Shown: piece by piece, positions 40,724 through 54,925 of the stretch
Numbering within the stretch: the first letter of the stretch is position 1
How the letters are laid out: each line of letters starts with the position of its first letter
NCBI RefSeq assembly: GCF_009914755.1
Contig: NC_060935.1
Strand: one strand, 5' to 3'
Source: the human T2T-CHM13v2.0 reference genome, Homo sapiens
Length of the DNA stretch: 64,000 nt
Notes under the pieces: model-generated
What the model saw: only the letters and a program-made list of their open reading frames with translations
Told to the model about the DNA's origin: nothing
Database searches by the model: none
Program-made: the position numbers and the translations under genes

Positions 40724-42559
40724 GTAAAGAAAAAGAATATGTTATCAGTTTGACATAATAGAAAGCACAATTCTTGTAATCCCTGTAACACCAACATGCA
40801 CAGGCGCACACACACACACACAATGCATGCATGCTTGTGCTTTGTATTTTTTTGACTTCTAAAAGATTTCTTTCTTATGCTGGTGAATTGGATGGCTAGA
40901 TTTCTAAATTTATATTTTAAGCCTCAAAATAAGTGTTTCAAAACCTTTAACCGATTATAGGTAGAGAGTCTATGCTGAGCTCTGGGATCTGAGTTGACTG
41001 GGTCTCCTATGGCCATTCATTTTGAATATGCTCTCCTGTGCCCGCGGCCACCTGGTGGTTAAGCCTTCATGTTTCTGTTGCCTCGGTGTGAATGGTCTAT
41101 ATGCTTGTTTCATTTCCTTTCAAATCTTCCTGGCCCTGGGTTGACCCTCTTTCTTGAGCCTCAGATTTTCTAAACGAGCAATGTTACCTCAAATGACTAA
41201 AAAGGATTTGAGAGCTTTCTAAGCCTTGCTTAAGCAAGTACGTTCCGAATATACTTCAAATCTTTCACTATGAATTGTTTGTCAGGGAAAGAACATTCAG
41301 CACATAAGTAGGAGGAATATAATACCCAAATATAACACTGTAAGAAGAGGTGAAGCCTGGAGAACATGTTATCAAATTAGCAGTGCCAGATTAAACAAAC
41401 GAGGAGGCCTGTAATATCTGCTGGTGAATTATAATTGGTGACAAAGGAAAGTAATAACCATCAATGCTATTCCAGAGTAGGGCTGGCTTGAGAATGTGGT
41501 GAGGTGTTGAAGAAAAGAACTAAAAAAGGCACTGTGCTCAACTCAGAGAACAGGATAAAGGCAAACTTCATTATTTATGTTTTTGAAGACAGGTAGTGGA
41601 AATGCTAATTTTGCCATTTTAAAACTTACTTAAAGCTGAAATCGATGGAGCAAAAGCAAAGAAACCCATAAGGCCAGCCAGCCTTATGGTTCGGATAATG
41701 CCCATTGTGTGGTTCATTAATTGTGTGTCTCATTCATCATCTGTCCCTGTCCCTTGAGAGTTTCCCGGGAGCAGGGCTGGAGGCTTTTCCTGAAGTAAGC
41801 TGAGGATTTGGAATATGCGGCTCTGGGAGCTCAGGGTAGGCAAGGATTTCAACCCTGTCAAACCCAATGTCTCTTTTTTATTATAGACATTTTGTAGGAC
41901 CCCTTAACAATTTTGAAGTGTATCTATTCCCATGCACATATGCAGGCTTTACCATAATATCAGCGTAGACAGAGAGAAAAGACTTTCCAGAAAACAGCAG
42001 TGGTAAAGAAAAATTATAATACCTGAAAGTCTTGAAAATAACATAAAATAGAAATAAAAGAAAATTAATTTATAATAATGTACTAGCTATACTATAAAGT
42101 TAAAAATTAAATATTTTTTATACTAAAACAATAAGTATTACAATATGTAAATGCTCAGGTATATGGCATGGTGGCTTAAAATGAGTTGCTTTCTTCTATA
42201 TATTGAAGCAGTCTAAAAGCAATAGCCCCCAAAACAAAAGAATTCAGATATGCCGTAGGTGATTCAATTACTACAGGGAACACTGCTGTCAGCAATATAG
42301 CTTTCCAAAATGGTGAATAGTACTTTTTTTTGGAACTTCTGAACCAAACTTAAGGGTGATATTTTCTTGATTTACCTAATAGTTGCATTCCAGGGAAATA
42401 TAATAGATATTAAAACTGTGCACAGAATACTTTTTTGTTTTTATGTAAAACTGAACTACAGTCTAATCACAGATAATTATAAGTAGTTTGTTCCTACACA
42501 CTGTAATTGTACACCTCCATGATGGAAACATGAATATGTAGGCATGAACGTATTTATTT

Positions 42560-43280
42560 TTCTGACCTCTACATTTTCTTGGGATCTCAGTACTCATATA
42601 TCCAAATTTCAACTCAAATATTTTTCCTTAAAGATATAAACAGCGCTTGTAACTTGGTGTGTCTGAAACCAAATTTCTGATATGCTCCCCACCCCCAGCC
42701 TTGCCCTCCAAAATAATCTCTCCCTTTCCTCCTTCACTATCTCTCCCTTCAGTGACTGTCACCTCTATAGTTCTGCTTGCTCGGGACAAAACTTTGGGCT
42801 GCTACTTAATTCCACTCTTTCTATGTGAACTACATCCACACACCAAAAACTCCTGTAGGCTCTGCTTTCAAAGCTATCCAGACTGATCCAACAGTTTTTC
42901 TACGACAGTTATACCACCTGGGCCTACGATGCTAACAGCATTCACCTGCATTATTCTCACATCCTCCTGACTGCCCCCTTTTGGGCCTGTCCTTTACAGC
43001 CTATTGCAGCACGCTGAAACGGAATTCTGATCACATCTCAGTCATTTGAAGCCCTTCAACACCTTCCGTGGCTCCCTTCTCACTGAGTCAAAGTCTATAC
43101 TCCCACCATTTTTCCCTGCCTCTTCCCTTACTTCTCACCTTGCCTTCTCATCTCCCTTCACCGGGGCACTCCAGCCCGCTGCTCAGAGACACCAAGCACA
43201 CTCCTGCTGCTGGGTTTTTGCCTGAACTCTTCCTTGCCCAGGTGTCTACATGCCTCGCTCCTCTCCTTCAGCCCTCTGCT
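42560..43280 (+). mobile_element. L2 fragment
   Basis: Pyrimidine-rich L2 3' ORF2-like segments ('tgtctgaaaccaaatttctgat', 'tcctgtaggctctgctttcaaa', 'ccttccgtggctccc'). Confidence 0.6.
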
Positions 43281-43521
43281 CAGCGGGATACTTCTCATCG
43301 TGTCCTGCAGGGATGGGAAGAAAGGGCATTTCAGGCATCAAAGTCAACCTGAAAACCTTCAAAAAATAGCAGAGACCATGAAGAGTACAGTTTGACTGTG
43401 GTTTAGGGGATAGAAAGATAAATAATCCTGAAAATCTTACCAGGAGAAAGATCTAGAAAGATGTTGAATCCTGGCTAAGGAGTTTGATGGTCACCCTATA
43501 GTTAATGGAAAGTTGCAGAAG

Positions 43522-43855
43522 TTTTTTTGTTTTTGTTTTATTTTTATTTATTTATTTATTTATTTATTTTTTGAGACGGAGTCTCTCCCAGTCGCCCAGG
43601 CTGGAGTGCAGTGGTGCGATCTCGGCTCACAGCAAGCTCCGCCTCCCGGGCTCACGCCATTCTCCTGCCTCAGCCTCCCCGAGTAGCTGGGACTACAGGC
43701 GCCCACCACCACGCCCGGCTAATTTTTTTGTATTTTTAGTAGAGACGAGGCTTCACCGTGTTAGCCAGGATGGTCTCGATCTCCTGACCTAGTGATCCAC
43801 CCGTCTCGGCCTCCCAAAGTGCTGGGATTACAGGCGTGAGCCACCGCCCCCGGCC
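43522..43855 (-). mobile_element. AluY
   Basis: AluY diagnostics 'gcaagctccgcctcccggg..cacgccattctcc' and 'ttagccaggatggtctcgatctcc'; CpG-rich; TSD AAGTTGCAGAAG at 43510-43521 and 43857-43868. Confidence 0.95.
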
Positions 43856-44284
43856 CAAGTTGCAGAAGCTTTTTGGGCAGGGAGTGAAATAATTTAAGAA
43901 GGTTCATCTGGACGAATGGTGTGGAATGGGTCACTAGGGAGAGAAATAGATATTGAACAGCTAAGCCACAGTGTTATTGCAATTGTACAAATGCAAAATA
44001 AAAAGGCACTAATATAGACAATTTATCATTGCATGAAGAGATTATCCACAGAGAGATTAACCATGAAATATGTCAACTGGATTGATTTGGAAGATAAGTG
44101 GTATTTGCTCAGTTAACACCTTCTCAGTAAGGCTGTCTCCAAACACTCCACTTATTCATTCAGATTATATTATTACTTATAGTTATTATATTATATAATA
44201 CTATAGTAGTATCTCCCCACACTATTTTCTTTCTCTGCTTTATTTTATTCTATTGTATTTGCTACAAACTGAAATACTGTTTAC

Positions 44285-44497
44285 CAGTGGTCAGCAAAAT
44301 TTCTCAGGAAAGGACCAAATAGTAAAAGTTTGAGGCTTGCAGACTATACAGCCTCTCTTAAAACTATTCAGCTCTGCCACTGTAGCATGAATACAGCCAC
44401 AGATAATATTTAAACAAATGGATGTGCTCTCCTCCAATAGAACTGTATTTCCCAAAGCAGGTAACAGGCCAGATTTGTTGCAGGTGGCTGACCCGTG
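44285..44497 (+). mobile_element. MER58A-like hAT-Charlie MITE
   Basis: 'cagtggtcagcaaa...aactattcagctctgccactgtagcatgaatacagccacagataat...gctgacccgtg'. Confidence 0.75.
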
Positions 44498-45899
44498 CTC
44501 TGTATGACAGTTTGATTTTTTTTTTTATTTGTTTTACATTGTCTATCTCCCACTCTAGAATGTAAGGACAAGGAGGATAAACACCTTTGTCTCTTTTGTT
44601 CATTACTCTATCCGCAGCCTTTGGAGTTGTGTGGGTACCAAGTTAGCATAAAGATTACTATCTAGTGATTAGTCATGCGAAATTAGGTGGGATGAAAAGA
44701 AGATGAAATGTTCCCCACCCTTGTCCTATCCATACTTGACATTTCTAAATATTTACTAAAATAGACATGCAAATCCCTTAGTTAAAAAAATAAATGTTGG
44801 CTCTCCATTGCCGACAGATTCAATTTAAGCTTCTTAGCATGGCACATAAAGCATTGTTTTAAAGGAGATACCGAGGAGCTGGTGTAGAGTGACCTAGAGG
44901 AGGGTCATGTTTTTAAGGATTAGAAGTGCAATTATGACTGAGTCAAGTCAGCTCAAAAGGGACAATAAACAAATGGGAATTCCAGTATATTCATTTACGT
45001 GAGAAATCTATTAGATGAGCTGTTTTTGCATAGATGCGTCCCTGGCACCAAGAACAGAATCTGTTTTCTGATCAGGTCATTGCCTTCCTGTAATCGAATC
45101 TATTTGAGAAGAAAATTAATAATCAGAAGATTCCTCGATGAAGTAAGAACTGCCACAGAGAGATGTAGCTTGTTCAAATATTAATTATATTATTACTATA
45201 GATATAAAGGGAAATTGAGTTCCCTGGAATCTAGGTCTTCCAAGCCTTCCTTATCTAAAGTCTTTTCTTCTGTATTGTATACTGAATTTATGCATAAAAT
45301 TTCATGGGAAAAAAAGGATTTACTCTGAAAAATGCAATCCGCTGAATTTCTTAATTTGATGATACAACCAACCATCTCATCATCTTCTGATGTTCTGATG
45401 AATGTTTTGGAATAAAACACACCCTGTTCACTGGGATGCGGTGCATGGAGAATGCAGCTGTTGGCTTTGATTCATTTCTCTGTGTGATTCTATTGCTGAA
45501 AAAAAAATTTGGATTGACTTTTAAAAAATATAAGTTAATATATTTAATTAGGTCATAGTCAAAGTCTTAATCTTGGAAAGTGCCAGTCTATTTAAATGGA
45601 ATTTGCATCTCAGCTCTAATCCATTACATATTTATTTCGTATTATAACTTTCAGAGGTTAATGTTATCTGCCTATTTCCAAATCCTCATTGTTCTCCCAG
45701 TTATTATCCTCAAAACTCTTTATCGCACCTCTAGCTTCTCTCTCAACACAACTTACATTTGAGCTGCACTGAAATCCTCACTTTTGCTCAATACAAAGAC
45801 CCAAAGACCTTATAAGCTGGTATCTTTGCATTCTTTTTTTTTTTTTTTTTGGCATGTGAAATGTTCCCTTCATCTTTTTATTTCTGTGTTTAGAATTTA

Positions 45900-46100
45900 A
45901 ATTCTGAAACCTGGCTGGTTGAATGTGAAGCTCAGCTTGATTACTTCCTAGCTGAATGACCACAGGAATTTACTTCACCTCCCTGGGCTTCAGTTCCTCA
46001 TCTATGAATGGGGGCACAAATACAACTTGCAGGTTGCAGTGAAGGTTAAATGAGCTCATTCCATTTCTGGCATATAGTAAGTGCTCAATCATATATAGTT
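45900..46100 (+). mobile_element. MIR
   Basis: MIR core 'ttacttcacctccctgggcttcagttcctcatctatgaatgggg'. Confidence 0.7.
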
Positions 46101-48398
46101 CTCAGCATTTTTACTAACCTTTCAAGTCCCATATCAAATGTCACCTCCAGTGTTAGGCCTTCTCCAGGGACAGAAAAAGCAGTGTTTTGATGTCATTCTG
46201 ACTTAACAGTTATATGGCTATCATTACACAGAGGCAAATGAGAAGACAATGAGACAATGCGAAGGCTCAGGACTACTGTTGAGAAACAGTCAGGTAGAAT
46301 TGAAGGGAAAAAAAAAAGGTCATTTTGGAATTAATCTGGATCTTCTGGGGCTTTCCTAAGAGTAATCCACCTCTGGATTTCTTTCATGCCTCTAAGCAGT
46401 CTTGCCAATGATGAAATTCAAAGGCCAGGATAAAAATGCATTATTTTATTAGAGTTTTATGCTAATACTTGGTTAATGAAGGATGCTGTTCCCTGAGGAA
46501 AAAGGCACATGCCAGGTAGATGGGAGGAAGAACATGTCACATGGTGCAGGAATTTATGCAAAATTAACTACAGACACAAGTGTTAGGAATGGAGGAAATA
46601 AATGATAGAGGAGAAAAATATATTCAGCTAAATATTATGCAGTTTGACTGAAGCTGTGTCTCCCCAGTGTAAGGACCTCTGAAGGTACCAGCATCAGCTG
46701 TGACTTCGCATCAGTACTCAGATGTGCCTTCTAGGGTTCCCAGCTGTAAATAAAGCTGCTGAGAGGATAAGAAAGAGGAATTCAGTTTAGTGCATGCTAC
46801 TGAAACTGTCCCTGATCCTCTGATCCTTCTCCAGCCTTGAGTATGTCAGGCAGGCATGGCCTTCTGAAGATAACTAACTATATATTAACTACATATCCCC
46901 AGCCAGTGGATGCATATTTTAATTTTATATGAAGCCTAAAGTAAACAGAACGAGAAATCTGTTATGAAAGGGCAATAGCTCTCTAAGCTACCTATTATAA
47001 AATAGTAAAGGAGTCGGTGATCCAGGGAGTTAGTGGAGACTGCTCCAGAGACATCATCCCACTGCACTTATACATCTAAGGAAAGAGATATTTTAAAGAA
47101 AATAAAAAAAATGTAATCTTACAAACAAACCACACAAGTTGGCACATATCTTCCAAATGTACCTCCGAATTTCCAAATTCTGTATATTTGCTCCAGTGTT
47201 TTCCTACACTTGGAATTTCTTCGATTTTTTAAATGATGAGTCTCAGATGATATTTAAACTCCTCCATGAATATTTTCTGTTTTTAGCAATCTCATCCTCT
47301 AATCTTTCGAATTTCTAGAATTTACTTGGCTATCCTCATACAAATTGCAAAAATCCTCACTGGCCCTTAAGAAATTATTTTCATTTCTCATTTGCTTTTT
47401 TATTTGTTAGAATTAACATTTCCTCCTGTATACTCCTATAGTAGTTTTCTTGTTTGAATTTGCGCTAATAGTCTATGGTCATAAAAGTAGTAGAGGTTTA
47501 TCAGAGAACATTTGAAATATGCAAAAAGAGTAGGAAGGTAACTTTTAAAGTATCTTTTATAATCTCATTATGCAGATGGAGATATACGTTCTTTACCTCC
47601 AAAGACACAAATAGTTGAAAGCGAATGGATGAAAAGAAGATATTCCATGCAAATAGTAACCAAAAGAGAGCTAGGGTAACTGTTCTCCTATCAAACAAAA
47701 TATATTTAAGTGTCAGGTCTAAGAACTTTTTGCCTAACCCTGGATCACACAGTTATTTTCTCATGTTTTCTATTTAAAGTTTGATAGTTTTAAATAAATT
47801 CAGATCTATGATTCCTTTTGAGTTATTTCATGTATAACACATAAAGTTTAGCTTGAAGATTTTATTTGGTTTGTTTGTGTTTTGACCTGAGGAGTTCAAT
47901 TGTTCTGACACCATTTATTAACCAGACTAGTTTCTCCATTGAATTGGTTTTGTACCTTTGCCAAAAATCATTTGGTAGTATTTGTGTGAGTCTATTTCTG
48001 CAGTGACTGTTCAGTTGAGCTATAGGAATGGTCTCTGTCAATATTGCACTATCTTAATTACTGTGACTTGCTAATATTTTGCTGAGAAATTTAAACCTAA
48101 GTACATGAGGGATAGAGTGATCTGTAGCTCTTTTTCTCTCATGCTGTTTTTGTTAGATTTTCTTATCAGGGGTGTCCTGACTTCTAAAGATGAGTGGGAA
48201 AGTGTTTTCTCCTCTTCTACTTTCTAGATATTGTGTATATTGGTATTATTTCTTCCTTAATAAAATTTGTCCCTGAAACCATATGGGTCTATAATATTCT
48301 CTTTAAGAAAGATCATTAAGTACAATTTCAATTTATTTAACACATTTAATTTGTTTAATAGATTCAGGTGGTTTACTTGTTCTTCTGAATCTCGATAT

Positions 48399-49123
48399 TG
48401 ATAGCAGTAGGAGGCGGGCAAATTCCTGGGCAGGTAGGGACAGTCCCTGGTGAAACTTGACCTTCAAGCCAAGGACTGTCTAAGGCGTGAAAACTGAGCT
48501 GCCAGTTCTGGATAGAATCCACCGACCAGAGTGAGGACTCCCATGCTCATTTGGTGTGCTTCCTCCCTATTGGTCCTTACCTTTCACCTATTTTACATAT
48601 ACCTATCTTTCTGTAATTGGTCACTGGCCGACTTTTCATTTGCGTAGAGTCAAACATCACTCCAGTCCCCAATTGGTTGTGGGCCAAGCCTTTACTTCTG
48701 CCTCGAATTGGTTCTTTACACTATTGTGTCTGTTTCTGAATGGTGCTCTTTCCAAAACGGCCCGCAGACCAATCAACACACTTCTCCTCCTTCCCAATCC
48801 ATAAAAACCCCGAACTTAGCCCCACAGCCAGCAACCCTCTTTAGGGCCCTCTCTCTGCCGAGAGCCTTTTCTGTTGCTTTAATGAATCCTACCCTGCCTT
48901 GCTCACTCTCTGGTGTCCACGTGCCTTATTCTTCTTGGTCGTGGAACAAGAACCTGGAACTTGCTATTCTGTGGGAGCACAGGAACTGTAGCTCTCCAGC
49001 TTGCCAAGTGTGGGTGGCAGGTACAGAGCTGTAGCACTTTCTCCCCCTAGCCCAACTACGGGAGTGAAGAAGCCACTGCGTGTCACTCCCTCCTGCTCCA
49101 GCGAAAGTAGGAAAGCCACAACA
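48399..49123 (+). mobile_element. Solo ERV1-class LTR (LTR27-like)
   Basis: TG...CA ends (TGATAGCAG..CACAACA); CCAAT and cataaaa motifs near 48770-48806; 4-bp flanks atat/atag. Family name from memory only. Confidence 0.65.
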
Positions 49124-49413
49124 ATAGCATGTAAATTTTGAGGAACTAATTCTCCGTTGTCTAATTTTGGGGTATAATATTGTTTATAGTATCCTATCAT
49201 AATCATATTACTGTATGAATGAAATCTTCTCTTTCGTTCCAATGTGGTAATGTGGGTAATATGTGCCACTTGCCTTTTGTTTTGGCCTGTCTAGAAGTTT
49301 ATTAATTTTATTTATCTTCCCAAAATACAACTTCTGGTTTCACTGATATTCTTTTATTTTTTTTTGTTTTTAATTTTATTGGTTTCTTTTCTGTTTTCCT
49401 TTTTATTTATTTA

Positions 49414-49455
49414 TTAGGTTGGTGCAAAACTGCAATTACTTTTGCACCAACCTAA
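49414..49455. mobile_element. MADE1, internally deleted, TA-flanked
   Basis: TA-ttaggttggtgcaaaa-ctgcaattac-ttttgcaccaacctaa-TA. Confidence 0.9.
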
Positions 49456-49713
49456 TATTTCTGTGTGATCTGGTTTGGATCTTATTCTAGTTTTGTAAAA
49501 TGGAAGCTTAGATTATTTGTGACCTTTCTTCATTTCTAATCTAAGCATCTAATGCTATAAATTTACCTCTGAGTATTGCTTTAGCAGCTTTCCAAAAATT
49601 TTTTATGTTGAATTTTTTATTTTCAATCAATTCAAAATACATTCTCATTCCTCTTGATTTGAAATTATCATTCGTCTTTAACAAATCGGACATTTAAAAG
49701 TTGTTTAACCTGC

Positions 49714-50080
49714 TGCTAGGATCTGAATGTTTGTGCCCTCCCCAACCCCTGCTCAAATTCATATGTTGAATCACTGATGTGATGGTATTAGGAGGTGAGC
49801 CCTTTGGGAGGAGATTAGGTCACAATGGTGAAGACTTCCTAAATGTGAATAGTGCCCTTGAAAATAGGACCAAGGGAGCACACTTACAGCTTCCACCCTG
49901 TGAGGACACAGCGAGAAGACATTATCAGAAAGCAGAAAGTATGCCCTCACCAGATACCAAATCTACAGGTGCCTTTTCTTGGATTTACCAGTCTTCAGAA
50001 TTGTGAGAGATACATTTCTATTGTTCATAATTTACCCAGTCTAAGGTGCTTTGTGATAGCAGCCTGAATGGACTAAGGCA
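49714..50080 (+). mobile_element. MaLR solo LTR (MLT1A-like)
   Basis: tgctaggatctgaatgtttgtg...gcagcctgaatggactaaggca; 5-bp TSD cctgc/cctgt. Confidence 0.8.
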
Positions 50081-50716
50081 CCTGTCTCTATCATTACATT
50101 TAAAATAAAATTTTTGTACACATTATATACTAACGCACCTGTCTCTATCATTACATTTAACGTAAATTTTTGTAGACATTATATAGTTGAATCTGTTTTT
50201 TACAAGTGAAATCTGAAAATCTATATATTTTTATTGGTGTATACTTCCATTTAACATAATTATTGACAATGGTTGGATTTGGTTCTACGTTTAGTTATGA
50301 ATTTTCTCTCTGCTTTTTCAGTTTTTCTTTTTCTGTATTACTTCTGTTTCTCTTTCTTAACTTTTTTGTTTGAACATTTTGTAGTATTACATTTTAATTC
50401 ATCTTTTGTGTTATGAACTCTATCATCTATCTCTCTCTCTGTCTCTCTCTCTACCTACCTACTTATCTATCCATTTGTCCATCTTCTATCTGTCTATATT
50501 TGCACTAGAGACACTCAAGTCTTCACAATTTATTCATAATGTTTTATCCTTCAAATAAAGCATAGAAATGTTAAAATAAAGGCCCCCCGCCCTTCTCCTT
50601 TTGTGTAGTTGTCATATTATTACATCTGTATACATTGAAGTATCTATCAGACAATGTTATAATTTTTAATTTTAACAATATTATGTATTTTAAAGAACTT
50701 AAGAGGAAAGAAGTAA

Positions 50717-51121
<405 letters not shown>

Positions 51122-52113
51122 TGCATTTCTTTTAAAAGAAGTTTGTTGACAATAAATTATTCTAATTTGTATTTTATCTGAAAATGCCATTATGTTACCT
51201 TCATTCATGAAGAGTTTCTTTACAGGATCTAGTATTTGAGCCTGACAGTTCTTTTCTTTCAGAGCTGCCTCTGGCCTTCAAGACTTCTAGTGAGAGAGAT
51301 CTGCAGCAATTTGAATCATTGCTCCTTTATCTGTTATTTGTTATTTACCTCTGGGTTTTTATGAATTTTTGTTAATCTTTGATTTCTAGCAATGTGATTA
51401 TAATGTGTCTGGTTTTTTTGTTTGTTTCTTTTCTTTTTCTCATTCTTCATGTATCATATTTAGGGTTTTGCATAGCTTCTTGAATTCATAAATTTGTGTC
51501 TTTCACCAAATTTGGGAAATTTTTAGCCTTTTTTTTAATTTTTTAATACACTAATTTCTTTTCCTTCTTCTCTTGGGACTCCAATAAGATGGACACCAGA
51601 CCTTTTGCTATTGTTTATGAGACCTATTGCCATAGGTCTCTGAGTCTATGTTAATTTCATTTCAGTCTCCTTTATCTATATAGTTCTGATTGGTTAATTT
51701 CTATTGAGATATCATCAAGTTCAACAACTTGAAGTTCAAAAGTTCCTTTGTAATTTCCATTCTTTTCCTGAACTAATGTAGTAATTTTTAAAATTTCAGA
51801 TCTTATAATTTTCTATTTCTAAAATTTACATTTCCATTTTCTTCCATCTGTAGTTTCTATTTCTGGGTTGAAAACTTGTATCTTTTCATTGATTTTTTTA
51901 AAAAAGTTTCCTTTCACTTCATAAAGCATAGTTGAAAAATTGCATTAAAGTCTCTAAGACTTCTAGCACTTAGGGCATCTGTTGATTTTATTTTCTGTTG
52001 AGAATTGGTCACATTTTCCTGTTTCTTTGTACACCAAGAAATATTTTATTTTGTTTTTGACATTATGAATATTGTGTGATACGAACTCTGGGTCCTGTTA
52101 TAATCTGCTAGAG

Positions 52114-52305
52114 CAAAGGTTGGTGGATGTATTTGCACAGGGCCAGTTAGTAAATATTTTAGGTTTGTGGCCCACGCAGTCTCTGTGTAACTTCTCAGCT
52201 TCACTGCTATAAAGGCATGCATTAACAATACATAAATCAATGGACATGATTGTGTTCCACAAAAATTGTATTTACAAAAAAAGGATAGTGGGCCAAATGA
52301 CCCTG
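52114..52305 (+). mobile_element. MER58A-like MITE
   Basis: 'gggccagttagtaaatattttaggtttgtgg...gtgttccacaaaaattgtatttacaaaaa..gtgggccaaat'. Confidence 0.7.
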
Positions 52306-53360
52306 CATTCTCTACTTTGCTACTCGCTACTGTTTTCGTTCTAGTTGTTTATTTCAGCAGGCGGTCAATTCATTTAGGTTCAGCCATAACATCTGTTTCA
52401 GCACCTGTGTTCAGTGGTTCAAATCTCAGTTCAGGTCTCCACATTTTTGCTGTGTCAGCTACAACTTGTGTGGATTCATGCACAGAATCAAGGTGTTATT
52501 TTTCTCCATCTTTCTCTGCTCTGTGATTCTCCTGTACTCTTCGGTCTCTAGGACTTTTCTTTCTTTTTTATTCCATGTTTTCTCTGGCCAGAAAGATAGG
52601 GTTTCTATTGATGTTTTACTGAACTACATTGACACTACTTTATTCATAATTGGAGTCCACACCCTTGGAGTAAAATTGTCAGAAAACAAAACATAATGAA
52701 AAACAACTCACTCCTTCATTGCTGTTGAGTTTTGACTTCACTCCAAAATCCACCTGTATTTTTTTTTTTACACATATGAAGGTCCAGGTACTTGTATGTT
52801 ATATTTTCTCTAGAGCTTTTGGTTGTAATCAGTGGGAGGGATGGACAGTAGTAGCTTCAGCCACTGAAGAAGAATCAGACTCAAACAATTCACTCTTCAC
52901 GCATAAATCTACTTCTCCACATAGAACATAAACATCTTGGGGAGAGGGACCATCTCAAATTCTTCATTGCATTTCTCTCACCTCTGAGGAGAAGGTCTTG
53001 AAATATTAGTTCTTCTGAAGTATTGGTTAATTGACAAGTTGGCTTCTCAGGAACTCAAGGTTGTTAGAAATAAACTCAAAAGTCATCTATTCCAAGCTAT
53101 TTATTTTACAGTGAGGTCCAGATAGGTAAAATGGCCCATCCAGATTTGCACAGTTCATGAACATGGCAGAGCTGGGACTGGAAGAAGGGCCCTCTGCATG
53201 CCATTTATTTTTTATGGATGATGCCTCTTGCCATGTTCATGATCTAATCAGGTGACAAACATAAAAGAATTAAAGATCAGCTTTCCTATGAAGGACCAAT
53301 GAATGGAAAAGAAAACTGACTAAAAGAGTAAAAAATACTGGGCCTAGAAAATTAGTTGAT

Positions 53361-53658
53361 GCTGGGCACAATGGCTCATGCCTGTAATCCCAGCACTTTG
53401 GGAGGCCAAGGTGGAGGATTGCTGGAGCCCAGGAATTTAAGACCAGCTTGGGCAACATAGCAAGTAGCAAGTCCCTGTCTCTACAGAAAATAAAAAATTA
53501 GCCAGATGTGGTGGCATGCAGCTGTGGCCCCAGCTACTTGGGAGGCTGAGGGGGATAAGATTGCTTGAGCCTGAAAAGTTAAGGCTGCAGTGAGCCATGA
53601 TCATGTCTCTGCATTTCAGCCTGGGTGACAGAGTGAGAATCTGTCTTGAAAAAAGAAA
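53361..53658 (+). mobile_element. AluJ
   Basis: AluJ diagnostics 'ggattgc..gagcccagga' and 'gctgcagtgagccatgatc'; TSD agaaaattagttgat / agaaaattagtcaat. Confidence 0.9.
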
Positions 53659-54704
53659 AGAAAATTAGTCAATGAAGCATGCTAGTCATTTAGAGAGTCT
53701 ACAGTTCTAGAAAAGGATCCTTGTTTCTCACCATACCCTCTAGCAACCATCAGCCTTATTATCATTATTATTATTTAGGATTAAGTGAAACTTACAAACA
53801 TTATTCAATCAGTTAAAAAATACAAATAAGTAAGTGGTAAAATCCCAGGAAAAGGGAATGCAGCAGGTCATAATTAGGAAGAACTGAAAGAACAGTACCA
53901 GATCAGGAGATGAGGAAATATAGCAGATCCCACATATGCAGTAAGTTAAAATAAGTGTACCAAGTCACTTTAGTATCTAGGGTGGAGAGAGTGTGTGTGT
54001 TTGCATGCACCAGCAGAAAGTGAATTTTTAGGGAAAAGGAATTGAGGTGTATTATCCACTTCTCTGTTTCTTTATCCCAAACCTGGGTAGCTTGTAGGTG
54101 GCTTTGTTCTTGTCAGTTGGGGAGATGATGGGAAAATGACTGTCATAATATCTAAACACCTTAGTTCTGAAAGTCTGAAATACCTAGCCAATCAGGATGT
54201 TTCTGTTATTAGTGCCATCCCTGTAGTTAAGACACTTAGTCACATCTGGTAAAAAATATTAATATTATGGAAAACATGTTACGTGGTCTAGGATATTAGA
54301 GTACTGTGTGTATTCATGGCTGTGGTATGGGATTTTTTCATGTGTATTTGTGTGGGGTGAGGGGTGGGGAATGCAACTGGGAGAGGTTCCAGGAAAGTTA
54401 CCTATAGCAGTTTGAAATTTGGGACAAATACAAAAGCATTGCCTTTCTTGATGGGCACATAATTATAAAACTAATTTCACTGAAAATGATAAACCTGTAT
54501 ATAACACTTTTTAAAGTATATATATCAAGCACAGTTTTTATTACTTTCATATACATTGCCTCATTCTTCATTATCTCTGTAAGTGCTTTTTAATCCACAT
54601 TTTAAAGATAAAAAAAACTGAGACACAGAGCTATTAAATAATTTGTCCAAGGTCATTCAAGTTGTTAATAATCAAACCAATACATTTTTAGACACTATAT
54701 TTAC

Positions 54705-54925
54705 TACACTTGTCCTCAATCTTAGCTATGTATTAGGATCACTTTAGGAGCTTTTAAAAATGTTAATGCTTAAACCACAATTAAATCAGAATCTTTTGGG
54801 GTGTGGCCAAAGCATGTCTGTCTGTCTGTATGTATGTATGTATGCATATATATTTGTATGTATGTATATTTCCCTTTTTACTGCTCCCCAGGCAACCTCA
54901 ATTTGCAGCCAAGATTGAGAAATAC
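54705..54925. mobile_element. MER5A-like MITE containing a (TATG)n microsatellite
   Basis: 'gtcctcaatcttagct..ggatcactt..aaatcagaatc..ctccccagg..tgcagccaagattgagaaatact'. Confidence 0.6.

Noticed and set aside
43505-43792. Alu-derived ORFs (also 4895, 40587, 50750, 53270, 56550)
   Set aside because: Typical antisense Alu translations ('[13 protein letters not shown]'), not genes.
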